A DNA stretch of 63,067 nt, the filler included. It is 3 parts of 3 records of this genome, joined end to end, with 100 filler letters (N's around TTAATTAATTAA, not from the genome) between each part and the next. Parts side by side here need not be neighbours in the genome. Positions count along the whole stretch, not along the records: positions 1 to 25,914 come from DRR723986_8723; 2 more parts are not named here. One strand, given 5' to 3'. A model generated the notes under the pieces. That model ran no database searches. It saw nothing but the letters and a program-made list of their open reading frames with translations, and was not told where the DNA came from. Position numbers and translations under genes: made by a program. Positions 1 to 9,341 of this stretch are shown in pieces; the stretch's first letter is position 1; each line of letters begins with the position of its first letter.

Positions 1-1
1 G

Positions 2-880
2 CAAGGCCAACAGCAGCAAGGCCAACAGCAACAGTCTCCGGCCGAACGCGCGCAAGAGAAGATAAAATCTGCACAAGAGAAAATGCGACGGGCTCAGAAA
101 AAGCTCGATGAAGCAAAAAAAGAAGATGCCGTCGAACAACAGAGAGCGGCAGAACAAGAACTTCGCGACGCGGTCGCGGAACTTGAAAAGATCCTTCGTC
201 AGCTTCGTGAAGAGGAAATCGAACGCTCACTAGAGTCGCTCGAGTCACGCCTGCGGAATATGCTCGACCTACAAAACACGGTCCTCAACGAAACGACTCG
301 TTTAAATGACATTGCAGCTGGCGAACCGGCAAATCGGCAAGTCACGATCTTGGCAAGCAAGTTAGCGACCGATGAAAAATTGATCCAACAGGCTGGCGAG
401 AAAGCCTATTTACTGCTCCGCGAGGAAGGATCCAGCGCAGCATTTCCAGAAGCTATGCAGCAAGTCAACACGGACATCTCCACGACCGTTGAACGTTTGT
501 CCGCCGGTGACGTTGGCAAGCTAACCATCCTGATTCAACAAGACGTCATCGCAGCTCTTGAGGAGATGGTGGAAGCTCTTGTTCAAGTGCAGAAGGACAA
601 CAAGGAAGAGAAAAAACAGCAGCAACAGGGTGGTGGCGGACAGATGGCCGGTGGCCAACAAGGGGAAAAACCTCTTGTCAACAAACTAGCCGAGTTACGA
701 TTGGTAAAGACGTTGCAAACCAGAATCAATCGCCGAACTCAGGCGATGGCGGACCTGCTGGAAGACCCAGAGTCTGTGACTGGACAAGTTGATCAGCAGG
801 ACGTCCTGATGCAAGTACGTGAACTTGCCGAACGAGAACAGAAGATTCAAAAAGTTACAATTAAACTGATCCAAGAGTAA
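2..880 (+). CDS. C-terminal part of a large Gln-rich coiled-coil protein (5'-truncated)
   Basis: The frame of ORF 83..880 is open back to position 2 (QGQQQQGQQQQSPAERAQEK...). The product is helical and E/Q/L-rich with Q/G low-complexity linkers. Confidence 0.75.
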   Translation, partial: QGQQQQGQQQQSPAERAQEKIKSAQEKMRRAQKKLDEAKKEDAVEQQRAAEQELRDAVAELEKILRQLREEEIERSLESLESRLRNMLDLQNTVLNETTRLNDIAAGEPANRQVTILASKLATDEKLIQQAGEKAYLLLREEGSSAAFPEAMQQVNTDISTTVERLSAGDVGKLTILIQQDVIAALEEMVEALVQVQKDNKEEKKQQQQGGGGQMAGGQQGEKPLVNKLAELRLVKTLQTRINRRTQAMADLLEDPESVTGQVDQQDVLMQVRELAEREQKIQKVTIKLIQE

Positions 881-956
881 TCGAAACGCCAACCGCGACT
901 TTCAGCAACATTGGAAAGGCTGCGACAAGCTTACAAGAGACTAGGAGACTCCTGCA

Positions 957-1823
957 TTGCGGCTCAAATTGACTTTAGGCATCGCCCTTGTAGTTTGCAT
1001 CGGTGCGGTGATCGCGTATGTCATGCGAGGCGATGGCACGAGCTCACTCGGCGATGAAATTTCAGCAAGCGCACCGGTTGCGATTGACGCAGTGGAGACG
1101 TCTGCAGAATCAGGCGAAGGGCACGCGCTAGATCCGCTACTAGAGAAAGCACGTGGATTTCTAGATCGCTTCGAATCAGAGGTATCGGACTACACCGCAA
1201 CGATTGTAAAACGCGAGCGGATCAGCGGCCGACTGAGCGAAGAAACACGGATGCTCGTCAAGATTCGAACACCCACGCAAGAGCGAGGCCTGGCGTGCTA
1301 TTTGAAGTTCTTAGAACCAGCCAGTAGCAAAGACCGAGAAGTCATCTGGATCGACGGCGAAAACGATGGCAAGATTATCTCTCACGAAGGCGGATTCAAG
1401 AACTGGAAACGTTTTCAGTTGGATCCGGACGGGATGCTTGCCATGCTCGGAAACCGCTACCCAATTACGCAGATTGGCCTTCAACGGTTGATCGAAAAAT
1501 TGATCGAAAAGGGCGAAGCTGACAGGGAGATTGGTCCTTGCGGCGTTCAAACGGTTGTGGATCAGGAAATTGGCGGTCGAGCCTGCACGCTTTACCAGAT
1601 TGTGCACCCCGAAGAAGACGACCGCTACGACTTCCATATTGCACAGATCTTCATTGACGACGAACTGCAGATCCCACTTCGATACGCAGCATTTACTTGG
1701 CCAACATCCCCTGATGCAGAACCTCCGCTTGAGGAAGAATACACCTACCTGGATGTGAAACTAAACGTTGGTTTGACCGACAGCGATTTCGATCCGGACA
1801 ACGAGGCGTACGATTTTCCGTAG
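957..1823 (+). CDS. DUF1571-type exported protein
   Basis: N-terminal hydrophobic anchor. Motifs DYTATIVKRERI, GNRYPITQIG and EEEYTYLDVKLNVGLTDSDFDP match my recollection of planctomycete DUF1571 proteins. AGGAG RBS lies upstream. Confidence 0.7.
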   Translation: MRLKLTLGIALVVCIGAVIAYVMRGDGTSSLGDEISASAPVAIDAVETSAESGEGHALDPLLEKARGFLDRFESEVSDYTATIVKRERISGRLSEETRMLVKIRTPTQERGLACYLKFLEPASSKDREVIWIDGENDGKIISHEGGFKNWKRFQLDPDGMLAMLGNRYPITQIGLQRLIEKLIEKGEADREIGPCGVQTVVDQEIGGRACTLYQIVHPEEDDRYDFHIAQIFIDDELQIPLRYAAFTWPTSPDAEPPLEEEYTYLDVKLNVGLTDSDFDPDNEAYDFP

Positions 1824-1874
1824 CAGCGGGCTCCTTCGACCTTCCACCGCGCTGATCAATCCACAGGTGACGAC

Positions 1875-2966
1875 TTGATCTTTTCCCCATCGACGATCGT
1901 TTTTGCATGTTGCTCGCTGATGCTGCTAGGCCAGCTAGGCATGCCATCTTTGGACGCGGGCAATCAAGTTGCGGAATCGTTGGCGACCACAGAGTGGCTC
2001 GGTCCGCTGGCACCAATCGCATTGTCCCCGTTCTTTGGACTTGCCATTATGTCCGGCGCCGCCTGTTACGGACCGGATTGGCTGACCGAACGATCCGGTC
2101 TACTAAGTGCCGATGGTGCATTCGCCAACCCGACCTTGTTTTGGTGCATGCTAGTTCTATCCATCATCTCAAGCCTGCCGCGATTGTCGAAGGTGAGCAA
2201 ACCTGTCGCACTCGCCAGCGAGAATCTGGAAACCTACTCGTCAGTCATCATTCTGATTGCACTCCGTTTCCTCAATTCACCATCAGAGGAAGCCTCCGAG
2301 CCGCAGGTCGCAGGATTGACGCTTGACATTGTTATGTCTCTAGTGGTGCTATTAAATGTAGTTGTCGTCAACGCGGTCAAACTGTTCTTCGAATTCTTGA
2401 TTTGGTTGGTACCATTCCCGACCGTAGATGCATTCTTGGAGGCGGGTAACAAGCTGTTGGTTACTTCCCTAATGGGACTCTACATGTTCAGCCCCACACT
2501 TGCGACGCTTCTCAATGTTCTCATCCTCGTAGCCTGTTGCTTAGTATTTGCTCGGGTCAAGCGCATCACGCGAAAGTACCGAACACTAATCATCGGTCCA
2601 ATACTGGCTCGATTCATGCCTGGAATCTTTGGTCAGAAGACGGCGAAGATCGACGGTTTTCTCACCACCGCAGCACTGGGCCTTCCAAAGAATGCGCACG
2701 TTCAGCTTACGTTATCAAGTGCTGACATGTATTCGTCCGCGCTGACGTCTGCCGCGACAACAACCGTTCATCTACGAGCAAGTCGCTGGTTTCGTGTCGT
2801 GAACCTGCAGTTTGACGATGCCACGATCCAAGCCGAGGATGCTCTACTCGGAAAAACACTCAAGGTTGCGACTGGCGACTGTAGTTTCACTGTTGCACAC
2901 CGCAGCTTCGTTCCCGGCGATGTGCTTTACATCGCCGCGAACGGCTCTCAATTGCAGCCGGCGTAG
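1875..2966 (+). CDS. Multi-pass membrane protein of unknown function
   Basis: 363-aa ORF with several hydrophobic segments and a soluble C-terminal tail. Confidence 0.65.
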   Translation: MIFSPSTIVFACCSLMLLGQLGMPSLDAGNQVAESLATTEWLGPLAPIALSPFFGLAIMSGAACYGPDWLTERSGLLSADGAFANPTLFWCMLVLSIISSLPRLSKVSKPVALASENLETYSSVIILIALRFLNSPSEEASEPQVAGLTLDIVMSLVVLLNVVVVNAVKLFFEFLIWLVPFPTVDAFLEAGNKLLVTSLMGLYMFSPTLATLLNVLILVACCLVFARVKRITRKYRTLIIGPILARFMPGIFGQKTAKIDGFLTTAALGLPKNAHVQLTLSSADMYSSALTSAATTTVHLRASRWFRVVNLQFDDATIQAEDALLGKTLKVATGDCSFTVAHRSFVPGDVLYIAANGSQLQPA

Positions 2967-3051
2967 TTTCGCAATTTGAAGATCCTGCCTTGCAAGCCAA
3001 TTCCTTTTTGGAGCTATGACCGCAGGTGCACGACGCGAAAATCATTCAAAA

Positions 3052-4644
3052 TCATCGACTGAGCGCGTTGTGAGGGCCTGCTGCCAGAACTTCCGGCGCA
3101 ACGCCTTCCGCGTACGCATCAAAGTTCTCACGGAAGAGATCTGCCAACTCTTGAGCGGCCAAGTCATACGCATCCCCGTCGTCCCAAGCATTGCGTGGAA
3201 CCAACAACTCAGGTGGTACATCAGGGCAATCAGTGATGACTCGCAAACCAAAGAAGGGCTCTTCCACGGTCGGCGCCGATTCTAGGTCACCGGCATGGAT
3301 TGCGTCCAGAATGGCTCGCGTGTATTTCAATGATATCCGCTTTCCGGACGTATAACCTCCACCATTCCACCCAGTGTTGATCAGCCAAACGTTCACCTGG
3401 TGCTTGCGAATTCTCTCCGAAAGCAGTCGCGCGTATTCGCTGGGATGCCAGACAAGAAACGGCCCGCCGAAGCAGGGTGAAAACGTCGCCTGCGGTTCCG
3501 TGACGCCCATTTCCGTGCCCGCAACTTTGGCAGTGTATCCGCTGATAAAGTGATACTCCGCCTGTTCCGGCGTCAGCTTGCTAACCGGCGGAAGTACTCC
3601 GAAGGCGTCGCAAGTCAGAAAGATCACATCAGTGGGTTGATCCGCCACGCAAGGCACGCGAACGTTCGGAATGTATTCAATCGGATATGAACCTCGGGTA
3701 TTCTCCGTAATGCTGCTGTTGTTGAAGTCAACGTGGTGATCTGCTTCGTCGTAGACCACATTTTCCAACACTGCACCATAGCGAAGCGCGTCAAAAATTT
3801 GCGGCTCAGATTCACGCGTCAGGTAAATCGCTTTCGCGTAACAGCCACCTTCGATGTTCGAGATTCCGTCATCCGTCCAACAATGCTCATCGTCTCCGAC
3901 CAACTGCCGCTTGGGATCGGCGGAAAGAGTCGTTTTACCTGTCCCAGATAGGCCGAACAAGACGCTGGATCGACCGGACTCCGGTTCGGCGGTTGCGGAG
4001 CAGTGCATTGGCAGAACTCCGCGCTCTGGCATCAGATAGTTCATCAGCGTGAACACAGCCTTCTTCATCTCGCCTGCGTACTGAGTACCAAGAATGACGA
4101 CTTCGCGGCGTTCCAAGCTCAGGTCAACACTCGTCTTGCTGGTCATGCCAGTCGTATATCGATTCGCCGGAAATGCCCCTGCGTTGATGATCAAACAATC
4201 AGGATCACCGAAGGCCTCCAAATCAGAGCGACTGGGGCGAATCAACATGTTGTGCATAAACAAAGCGTGGTAGGGCCGAGCGCAGATTACACGGACCTTC
4301 AACTGGTGCTTCGGATCCCATCCTGCATAGCCGTCGACCACATACAGACGTTCGCAAGTGTTCAGGTAGTCGATGGCTCTTTCGCGGTTGACAAAGAACG
4401 CGTTTTCTTCGAGTCCGATGTTGATCGAACCCCACCAAACATTTCCTTCCGAATCGGGATGCTTCACGACTCGTTTGTCTTTTGGCGAACGACCGGTCTT
4501 ATCCCCTGAATAAGCAATGAGGGCCCCGGTGTCCGACAGAGTCGCCCCTTTCTCACGCCGCAGTGCTTCTTCATACAGTGCCGCTGGGGATGCGTTCCGT
4601 AAAACTTCCTTGACGTCGATTTTGTATTCGCTCAAGTCGAACAT
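3052..4644 (-). CDS. pckA: Phosphoenolpyruvate carboxykinase (ATP)
   Basis: Motifs TGRSPKDK, YAGEMKK, MHCSA, P-loop GLSGTGKTT, GDDEH, EGGCYAK and FISGYTAK. GGAGG RBS. Confidence 0.97.
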   Translation of the reverse strand: MFDLSEYKIDVKEVLRNASPAALYEEALRREKGATLSDTGALIAYSGDKTGRSPKDKRVVKHPDSEGNVWWGSINIGLEENAFFVNRERAIDYLNTCERLYVVDGYAGWDPKHQLKVRVICARPYHALFMHNMLIRPSRSDLEAFGDPDCLIINAGAFPANRYTTGMTSKTSVDLSLERREVVILGTQYAGEMKKAVFTLMNYLMPERGVLPMHCSATAEPESGRSSVLFGLSGTGKTTLSADPKRQLVGDDEHCWTDDGISNIEGGCYAKAIYLTRESEPQIFDALRYGAVLENVVYDEADHHVDFNNSSITENTRGSYPIEYIPNVRVPCVADQPTDVIFLTCDAFGVLPPVSKLTPEQAEYHFISGYTAKVAGTEMGVTEPQATFSPCFGGPFLVWHPSEYARLLSERIRKHQVNVWLINTGWNGGGYTSGKRISLKYTRAILDAIHAGDLESAPTVEEPFFGLRVITDCPDVPPELLVPRNAWDDGDAYDLAAQELADLFRENFDAYAEGVAPEVLAAGPHNALSR

Positions 4645-4945
4645 GAGCGTTGCCTCCTAAAAACTATTGATTCATTCCTGCCGGACGCTGCAGCGACGCT
4701 CCGGCAGAATTCTGCATGTGGATTGTGGTCGAGCACTTGATGCTGGGCTTCATAGCGGACAGTCTCAAGCGCCTGATTGGAGTATCCCAACAAGCCGCAT
4801 TCTTGGCCAGACCGACCTTGAGATTCCAAGCCAGTTGAGAACGAACTTTCGACGGCTGCTTCAGCCAGCGATGGGATGCAACTCAGCGACGCAGAATTGC
4901 CGCAGCTCGAATTGGCGGCAAGTGGGGATGCGATATACTGCGGCG

Positions 4946-5464
4946 ATGCCAAACGAGCAACTTAACCAAGACGACCAAGCCAGCGAAAAACGCAAGGCAA
5001 CCGCCTATCACGAAGCGGGGCATGCCGTGGTCGCGCACGCTCTGGGACGAGTCGTCAAGAAAGTCACCATTGTGCCTGGGAAATCCCAGTTTGGACGCTC
5101 GCAACTCGGCGTCTGCGAACTGAGTAAGGGACGGACCAAGGCCGCCAAAGATCTACTGGAAGAAGATGTGCTCATTCTAATGGCGGGCATGGTGGCTGAA
5201 GCTCGATTCACGGGAGACTACTGCCAAGCTGGAGCTAGGCAGGACCTCATGCAAGCTCAACGGCTGCTAGCAACCCGCGCTCGAACGGAAAGCCAATATG
5301 AAAAGCTGCATCGTCGACTACTCGACAAAACAGAGCACATGATGCACGACCCCGGAATCATGAAAGCGGTCGAACTGATCGTCCAAGAATTGCTCGACAA
5401 GAGCACCATCAGCGGGCGGGCCGTACGACACTTTTACAACATGGGCACAGCGGAAAAGAAGTAA
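4946..5464 (+). CDS. Stand-alone FtsH/peptidase M41-like zinc metalloprotease domain
   Basis: TAYHEAGHAVV (HEXXH), VKKVTIVP, MAGMVAE and GARQDL match the FtsH protease domain. No AAA+ or TM region. The likely start is ATG 4946 rather than 4667. Confidence 0.8.
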   Translation: MPNEQLNQDDQASEKRKATAYHEAGHAVVAHALGRVVKKVTIVPGKSQFGRSQLGVCELSKGRTKAAKDLLEEDVLILMAGMVAEARFTGDYCQAGARQDLMQAQRLLATRARTESQYEKLHRRLLDKTEHMMHDPGIMKAVELIVQELLDKSTISGRAVRHFYNMGTAEKK

Positions 5465-5512
5465 CGAACGACTAAGCAGCTCATTCAACGATGCTCAGAT
5501 AACCTTTGGTCT

Positions 5513-7684
5513 ATGAATAAAAAACCTGAAAATACTCTCGACGTCGACAACGTTGCAATGCAAATTGCCAGTGCTCTAGGAATTCCGAGAGCACAGGTGC
5601 TTGCCGCAATGACGCTGCTCGGCGAAGGCAACACAATCCCCTTCATCGCTCGATACCGGAAGGAAGCCACCAAGGGACTAGACGAAGTTGCTCTGCGCGC
5701 GATTGAAGATGCGACCGAACAAGCGAATGCACTCTCAGCGCGAAAACAAACGGTTCTCAAGACGATCGACGAACAAGGAGCACTGACCGACGAGCTCCGT
5801 CGGCAGATCGAAGCTTGCGCGGACCTGCGTGATTTAGAAGCAATTTACTTGCCGTTCAAGCCCAAGCGTCGAACGCGAGCAACCACGGCAAGGGAACAAG
5901 GTTTGCAGCCGCTGGCCGACATCCTTGCACGGCAAGAAAAGCTTCAGCAGCGCCCGCAGGAATTGCTTCGACAGTTTGTCGACAGTGACAAAGGAGTACC
6001 GGATACCAAGGCTGCGCTGGTCGGTGCGCTTGATATCGTTGCCGAACAGTGGTCTGAACGCGCCGCAGAACGCAATTGGCTCGTTCAACACACGCTCAAG
6101 GAAGGGCGAGTTACGTCGAGTGTCAAGCGCGGCAAAAAGGCCGAGGCCGAGAAGTACGAACAGTACATTGACCGGAAAGAGTCACTAACGCGTCTGCCGT
6201 CGCACCGCCTGCTTGCCATGTTGAGAGGCGAATCGGAGGGCATCCTGAAAGTTGGCATCGATCTGAACGATCAACAGGTGCTCGGCTACCTAAAGTCACA
6301 GTTCCTCAACAATCGAAGCTTCGAATTCCATCGCGAACTCACTTCGTGCGTTGAGGATTGCTACAAGCGTCTACTATTGCCTGCGGTGCAATCCACCGTT
6401 CTGCAAATGCAGAAAGAGCGGGCTGATGATGAAGCAATCGATGTCTTCGGCAAGAACCTTCACGAATTGTTGATGGCCGCGCCTGCTGGCCCCAAAGTCA
6501 CACTTGGGATCGATCCCGGATTTCGCACCGGTTGCAAGTGTGCTGTCGTTGACGCGACGGGCAAATTTCTCGAGCACGCCACAATTTATCCAACTCCTCC
6601 ACGAAGTGACTTCACTGGCGCGGGCAAGACACTGGCTGCCCTACTCGCCAAGCACAAGGTGCAGCTTATTGCGATCGGCAACGGCACCGCCTCCCGGGAG
6701 TCGGATACTTTTGTCGCAAAGCTGCTCAAACAGGAGGGGCTCAGCATCACCAAAGTCATGGTGAGCGAAGCAGGCGCATCGATCTACTCGGCCAGTGAGT
6801 TGGCAAGTGCCGAATTCCCAGACCTCGATATCACGATCCGAGGTGCAATCAGTATCGCCCGACGCCTGCAAGACCCATTGGCCGAGCTGGTCAAGACGGA
6901 CCCGAAATCGATCGGCGTTGGTCAGTACCAGCATGACGTCAATCAAACGAAACTGCGCAAGTGCTTGGACCGTGTCGTCGAATCATGTGTCAACCGCGTC
7001 GGAGTTGACCTGAACATGGCCAGCGCTCCGCTGCTATCACGAGTGGCCGGGATTGGGCCCAAACTAGCTGAGAACATCGTCCAGCACCGCGACGAAAATG
7101 GACAGTTCAACAGCCGCAGTCAGCTCACCAAAGTCCCCAAGCTCGGAAAGAAAGCATTTGTGCAGGCGGCAGGCTTTCTTCGCATTCGAGACGGCGACGT
7201 CCCGTTAGACAACTCTGCCGTGCACCCAGAATCGTACGATGTGGTGCAGCAGATGGCCAAAGAACTTGGAACGGACACGAAGTCTCTGGTCGGAAACGCG
7301 ACATTGAGTCAAAAGATTGCTCCGGAGAAATTCGTCAGTGAGCGTGTGGGCATGCCGACGGTGATCGACATCATTACAGAACTTGGCAAGCCTGGCCGCG
7401 ATCCTCGTAGTGAGTTTCGGGCGGTCCAGTTCGACGAATCGGTCAATTGCATTGAGGACTTGCGAGCCGGTCAGGTCTTAGAAGGCGTAATCACGAATGT
7501 GACGCACTTTGGCGCATTCATTGACATTGGCGTACATCAGGACGCCTTGATCCACATTTCACAATTGTCCGACTCCTTCGTCAGCGATCCTGGCGAGGTA
7601 GTTTCGGTTGGCGACGTTGTAAAAGTGAAAATCCTTGACGTCGAAATCGACCGCAAACGGATCGCAGCCACGCGGAAGTTCTAG
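5513..7684 (+). CDS. tex: Tex family RNA-binding transcription accessory protein
   Basis: GNTIPFIARYRKEAT, YqgF-like GIDPGFRTGCK, IGVGQYQHDV, HhH repeats and a C-terminal S1 domain (NVTHFGAFIDIGV). Confidence 0.96.
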   Translation: MNKKPENTLDVDNVAMQIASALGIPRAQVLAAMTLLGEGNTIPFIARYRKEATKGLDEVALRAIEDATEQANALSARKQTVLKTIDEQGALTDELRRQIEACADLRDLEAIYLPFKPKRRTRATTAREQGLQPLADILARQEKLQQRPQELLRQFVDSDKGVPDTKAALVGALDIVAEQWSERAAERNWLVQHTLKEGRVTSSVKRGKKAEAEKYEQYIDRKESLTRLPSHRLLAMLRGESEGILKVGIDLNDQQVLGYLKSQFLNNRSFEFHRELTSCVEDCYKRLLLPAVQSTVLQMQKERADDEAIDVFGKNLHELLMAAPAGPKVTLGIDPGFRTGCKCAVVDATGKFLEHATIYPTPPRSDFTGAGKTLAALLAKHKVQLIAIGNGTASRESDTFVAKLLKQEGLSITKVMVSEAGASIYSASELASAEFPDLDITIRGAISIARRLQDPLAELVKTDPKSIGVGQYQHDVNQTKLRKCLDRVVESCVNRVGVDLNMASAPLLSRVAGIGPKLAENIVQHRDENGQFNSRSQLTKVPKLGKKAFVQAAGFLRIRDGDVPLDNSAVHPESYDVVQQMAKELGTDTKSLVGNATLSQKIAPEKFVSERVGMPTVIDIITELGKPGRDPRSEFRAVQFDESVNCIEDLRAGQVLEGVITNVTHFGAFIDIGVHQDALIHISQLSDSFVSDPGEVVSVGDVVKVKILDVEIDRKRIAATRKF

Positions 7685-7730
7685 CAACTTCCATGATTAT
7701 TTTTCCGCACAGTGCACTTAGCTTGAACCA

Positions 7731-9086
7731 CTAAAAAGCGCCAGCATCGGCGGGCCGTGACCGCACTGCTCCTTTGATATTCGTTGGCGCAAGCTTCACA
7801 TGCGCTGGATCGGCCCCACCAAGTAGGCCGCTCTCCGAGGTCAATTCCGCATTGCGACGGCTGCCATCAAAACGGAGATCGACAAAGTCCCTGATCCCGT
7901 GACCTCGCGATGTCTGGCCATCTACACCAAGAGTACGGCCAGTGAAAACGTTGCCTACGAGGGTCACTCCGTCCGATCCGCCCGGAAAGTTGATTGCGTC
8001 ACCACCGTCAGTGCAGACAACATTGTTGGCAAAGACCATTCCAGGACGAGCATTCCAACTGCTCAAGTGAGCTCCACGACGGCGGGAAACCATGGTGTTA
8101 TGAATCACACTTAAGTTTTTCGATTTCCCCTGATGATCTGTGCTTGCGAAAGCGGCCCCTAAGCCGTCTATCAAGAGATTGTTGCGCACAATGGCATCAC
8201 CCTGCACCTGAAGAACATTGTCGCCGCTACGATAGCAGACATTCCGCTCGATCATGTTGACACTCTCATCTTCGGTTCCGTAGACGATAATGCATGGGTA
8301 ATTCGTATCATGGACATGATTACCAACAACCCAATTCCCGTAGGAGCCTTGCTTGATTTCAATACCGTCGCCCTGCTTGCCTCCACAATGGTGAACACGG
8401 TTTCCAGCGATAACGGAATGCGACATTTTGAATTTCCCATGATTCGCACCGAGGTACATCGCCTCACCGGTAGCCTCGGGACTTTCAAAGTGATGCAAAT
8501 GGTTGTTTGTGATGTAGAGCCGCTTCGTATCGTGCGTATTTGCGGTGATTCCTTCTGCACCGGCGTGATGTAATTCGCATCGGTCGATCCAAACATCTTC
8601 GCAATCATAAAGCCGCATCAAAGTGCTTCCACCAGTAAGCTCTAAACTGCGAAAACACAGGTATCGAGTCGAAGAACGTTCGCCTACGTTGACAACATTC
8701 TGACGTGCGTCGGGTCGCGTAATCATCGGCTTGGAGCGCGGGTCTTCTGCCACAATCCATATCGGTGCATCTTGTCGCCCCTTAAGATTCACAGACAGCT
8801 TCGACGGCACTGAATAACGACCGGCTCCAATCTGGAGCTCATCGCCTGGTCCCAGTCTCGAGATCGCCGCTGCAAGCAATCGACCGTTTTCGAGCTCAGA
8901 CTTGTCCGATCGATACGAAAGTTTGACTGTGTTCGCAGGCTGAATGTCCGACCACTGCGGTACTAGTCGATTGGTTTGCCACGGCAGTGAATCGTCCGCA
9001 GCAGCGCATACGACAATCTTCACCGACAAAGAAAGCAACATGGCCACTGGAATGATAGAGGGCTTTGTCAATGGAAGTAGCTTCAT
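7731..9086 (-). CDS. Secreted right-handed parallel beta-helix protein (pectate-lyase-like fold)
   Basis: Signal-peptide-like N-terminus and repeated I-x-N-N-x-x-H-H / G-N-x-V-H-x beta-helix rungs. Confidence 0.75.
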   Translation of the reverse strand: MKLLPLTKPSIIPVAMLLSLSVKIVVCAAADDSLPWQTNRLVPQWSDIQPANTVKLSYRSDKSELENGRLLAAAISRLGPGDELQIGAGRYSVPSKLSVNLKGRQDAPIWIVAEDPRSKPMITRPDARQNVVNVGERSSTRYLCFRSLELTGGSTLMRLYDCEDVWIDRCELHHAGAEGITANTHDTKRLYITNNHLHHFESPEATGEAMYLGANHGKFKMSHSVIAGNRVHHCGGKQGDGIEIKQGSYGNWVVGNHVHDTNYPCIIVYGTEDESVNMIERNVCYRSGDNVLQVQGDAIVRNNLLIDGLGAAFASTDHQGKSKNLSVIHNTMVSRRRGAHLSSWNARPGMVFANNVVCTDGGDAINFPGGSDGVTLVGNVFTGRTLGVDGQTSRGHGIRDFVDLRFDGSRRNAELTSESGLLGGADPAHVKLAPTNIKGAVRSRPADAGAF

Positions 9087-9341
9087 CTGCGAACCCTTGA
9101 AAGATAGATCCCAATACGCATTCCAGCCGTCAGATCAGAATGCACCGCGCTGCAAGAAACCGCCCATTGTCACTTACTGGTCAGCTTCAGATGGGTTTTT
9201 CAATCAATTCTACGTGTATTGGGCAGAAAGTATTTACTGTAGGGGACTTGGGCACTATTCTCGCCGCATGCAATGCTTGGATTGCAGAGAAAGAGGTTCG
9301 ATACAGCGTGCCTCGTTGACCAGTGGTAGGAACGGCATCAG

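Noticed and set aside
1-34. CAAGGCCAACAGCA repeats at the window start
   Set aside because: They encode a QGQQQQ low-complexity linker within the first CDS.
4667-4945. N-terminal extension of the M41-like ORF
   Set aside because: It occupies the divergent promoter region shared with pckA and looks non-coding; ATG 4946 fits the domain boundary better.
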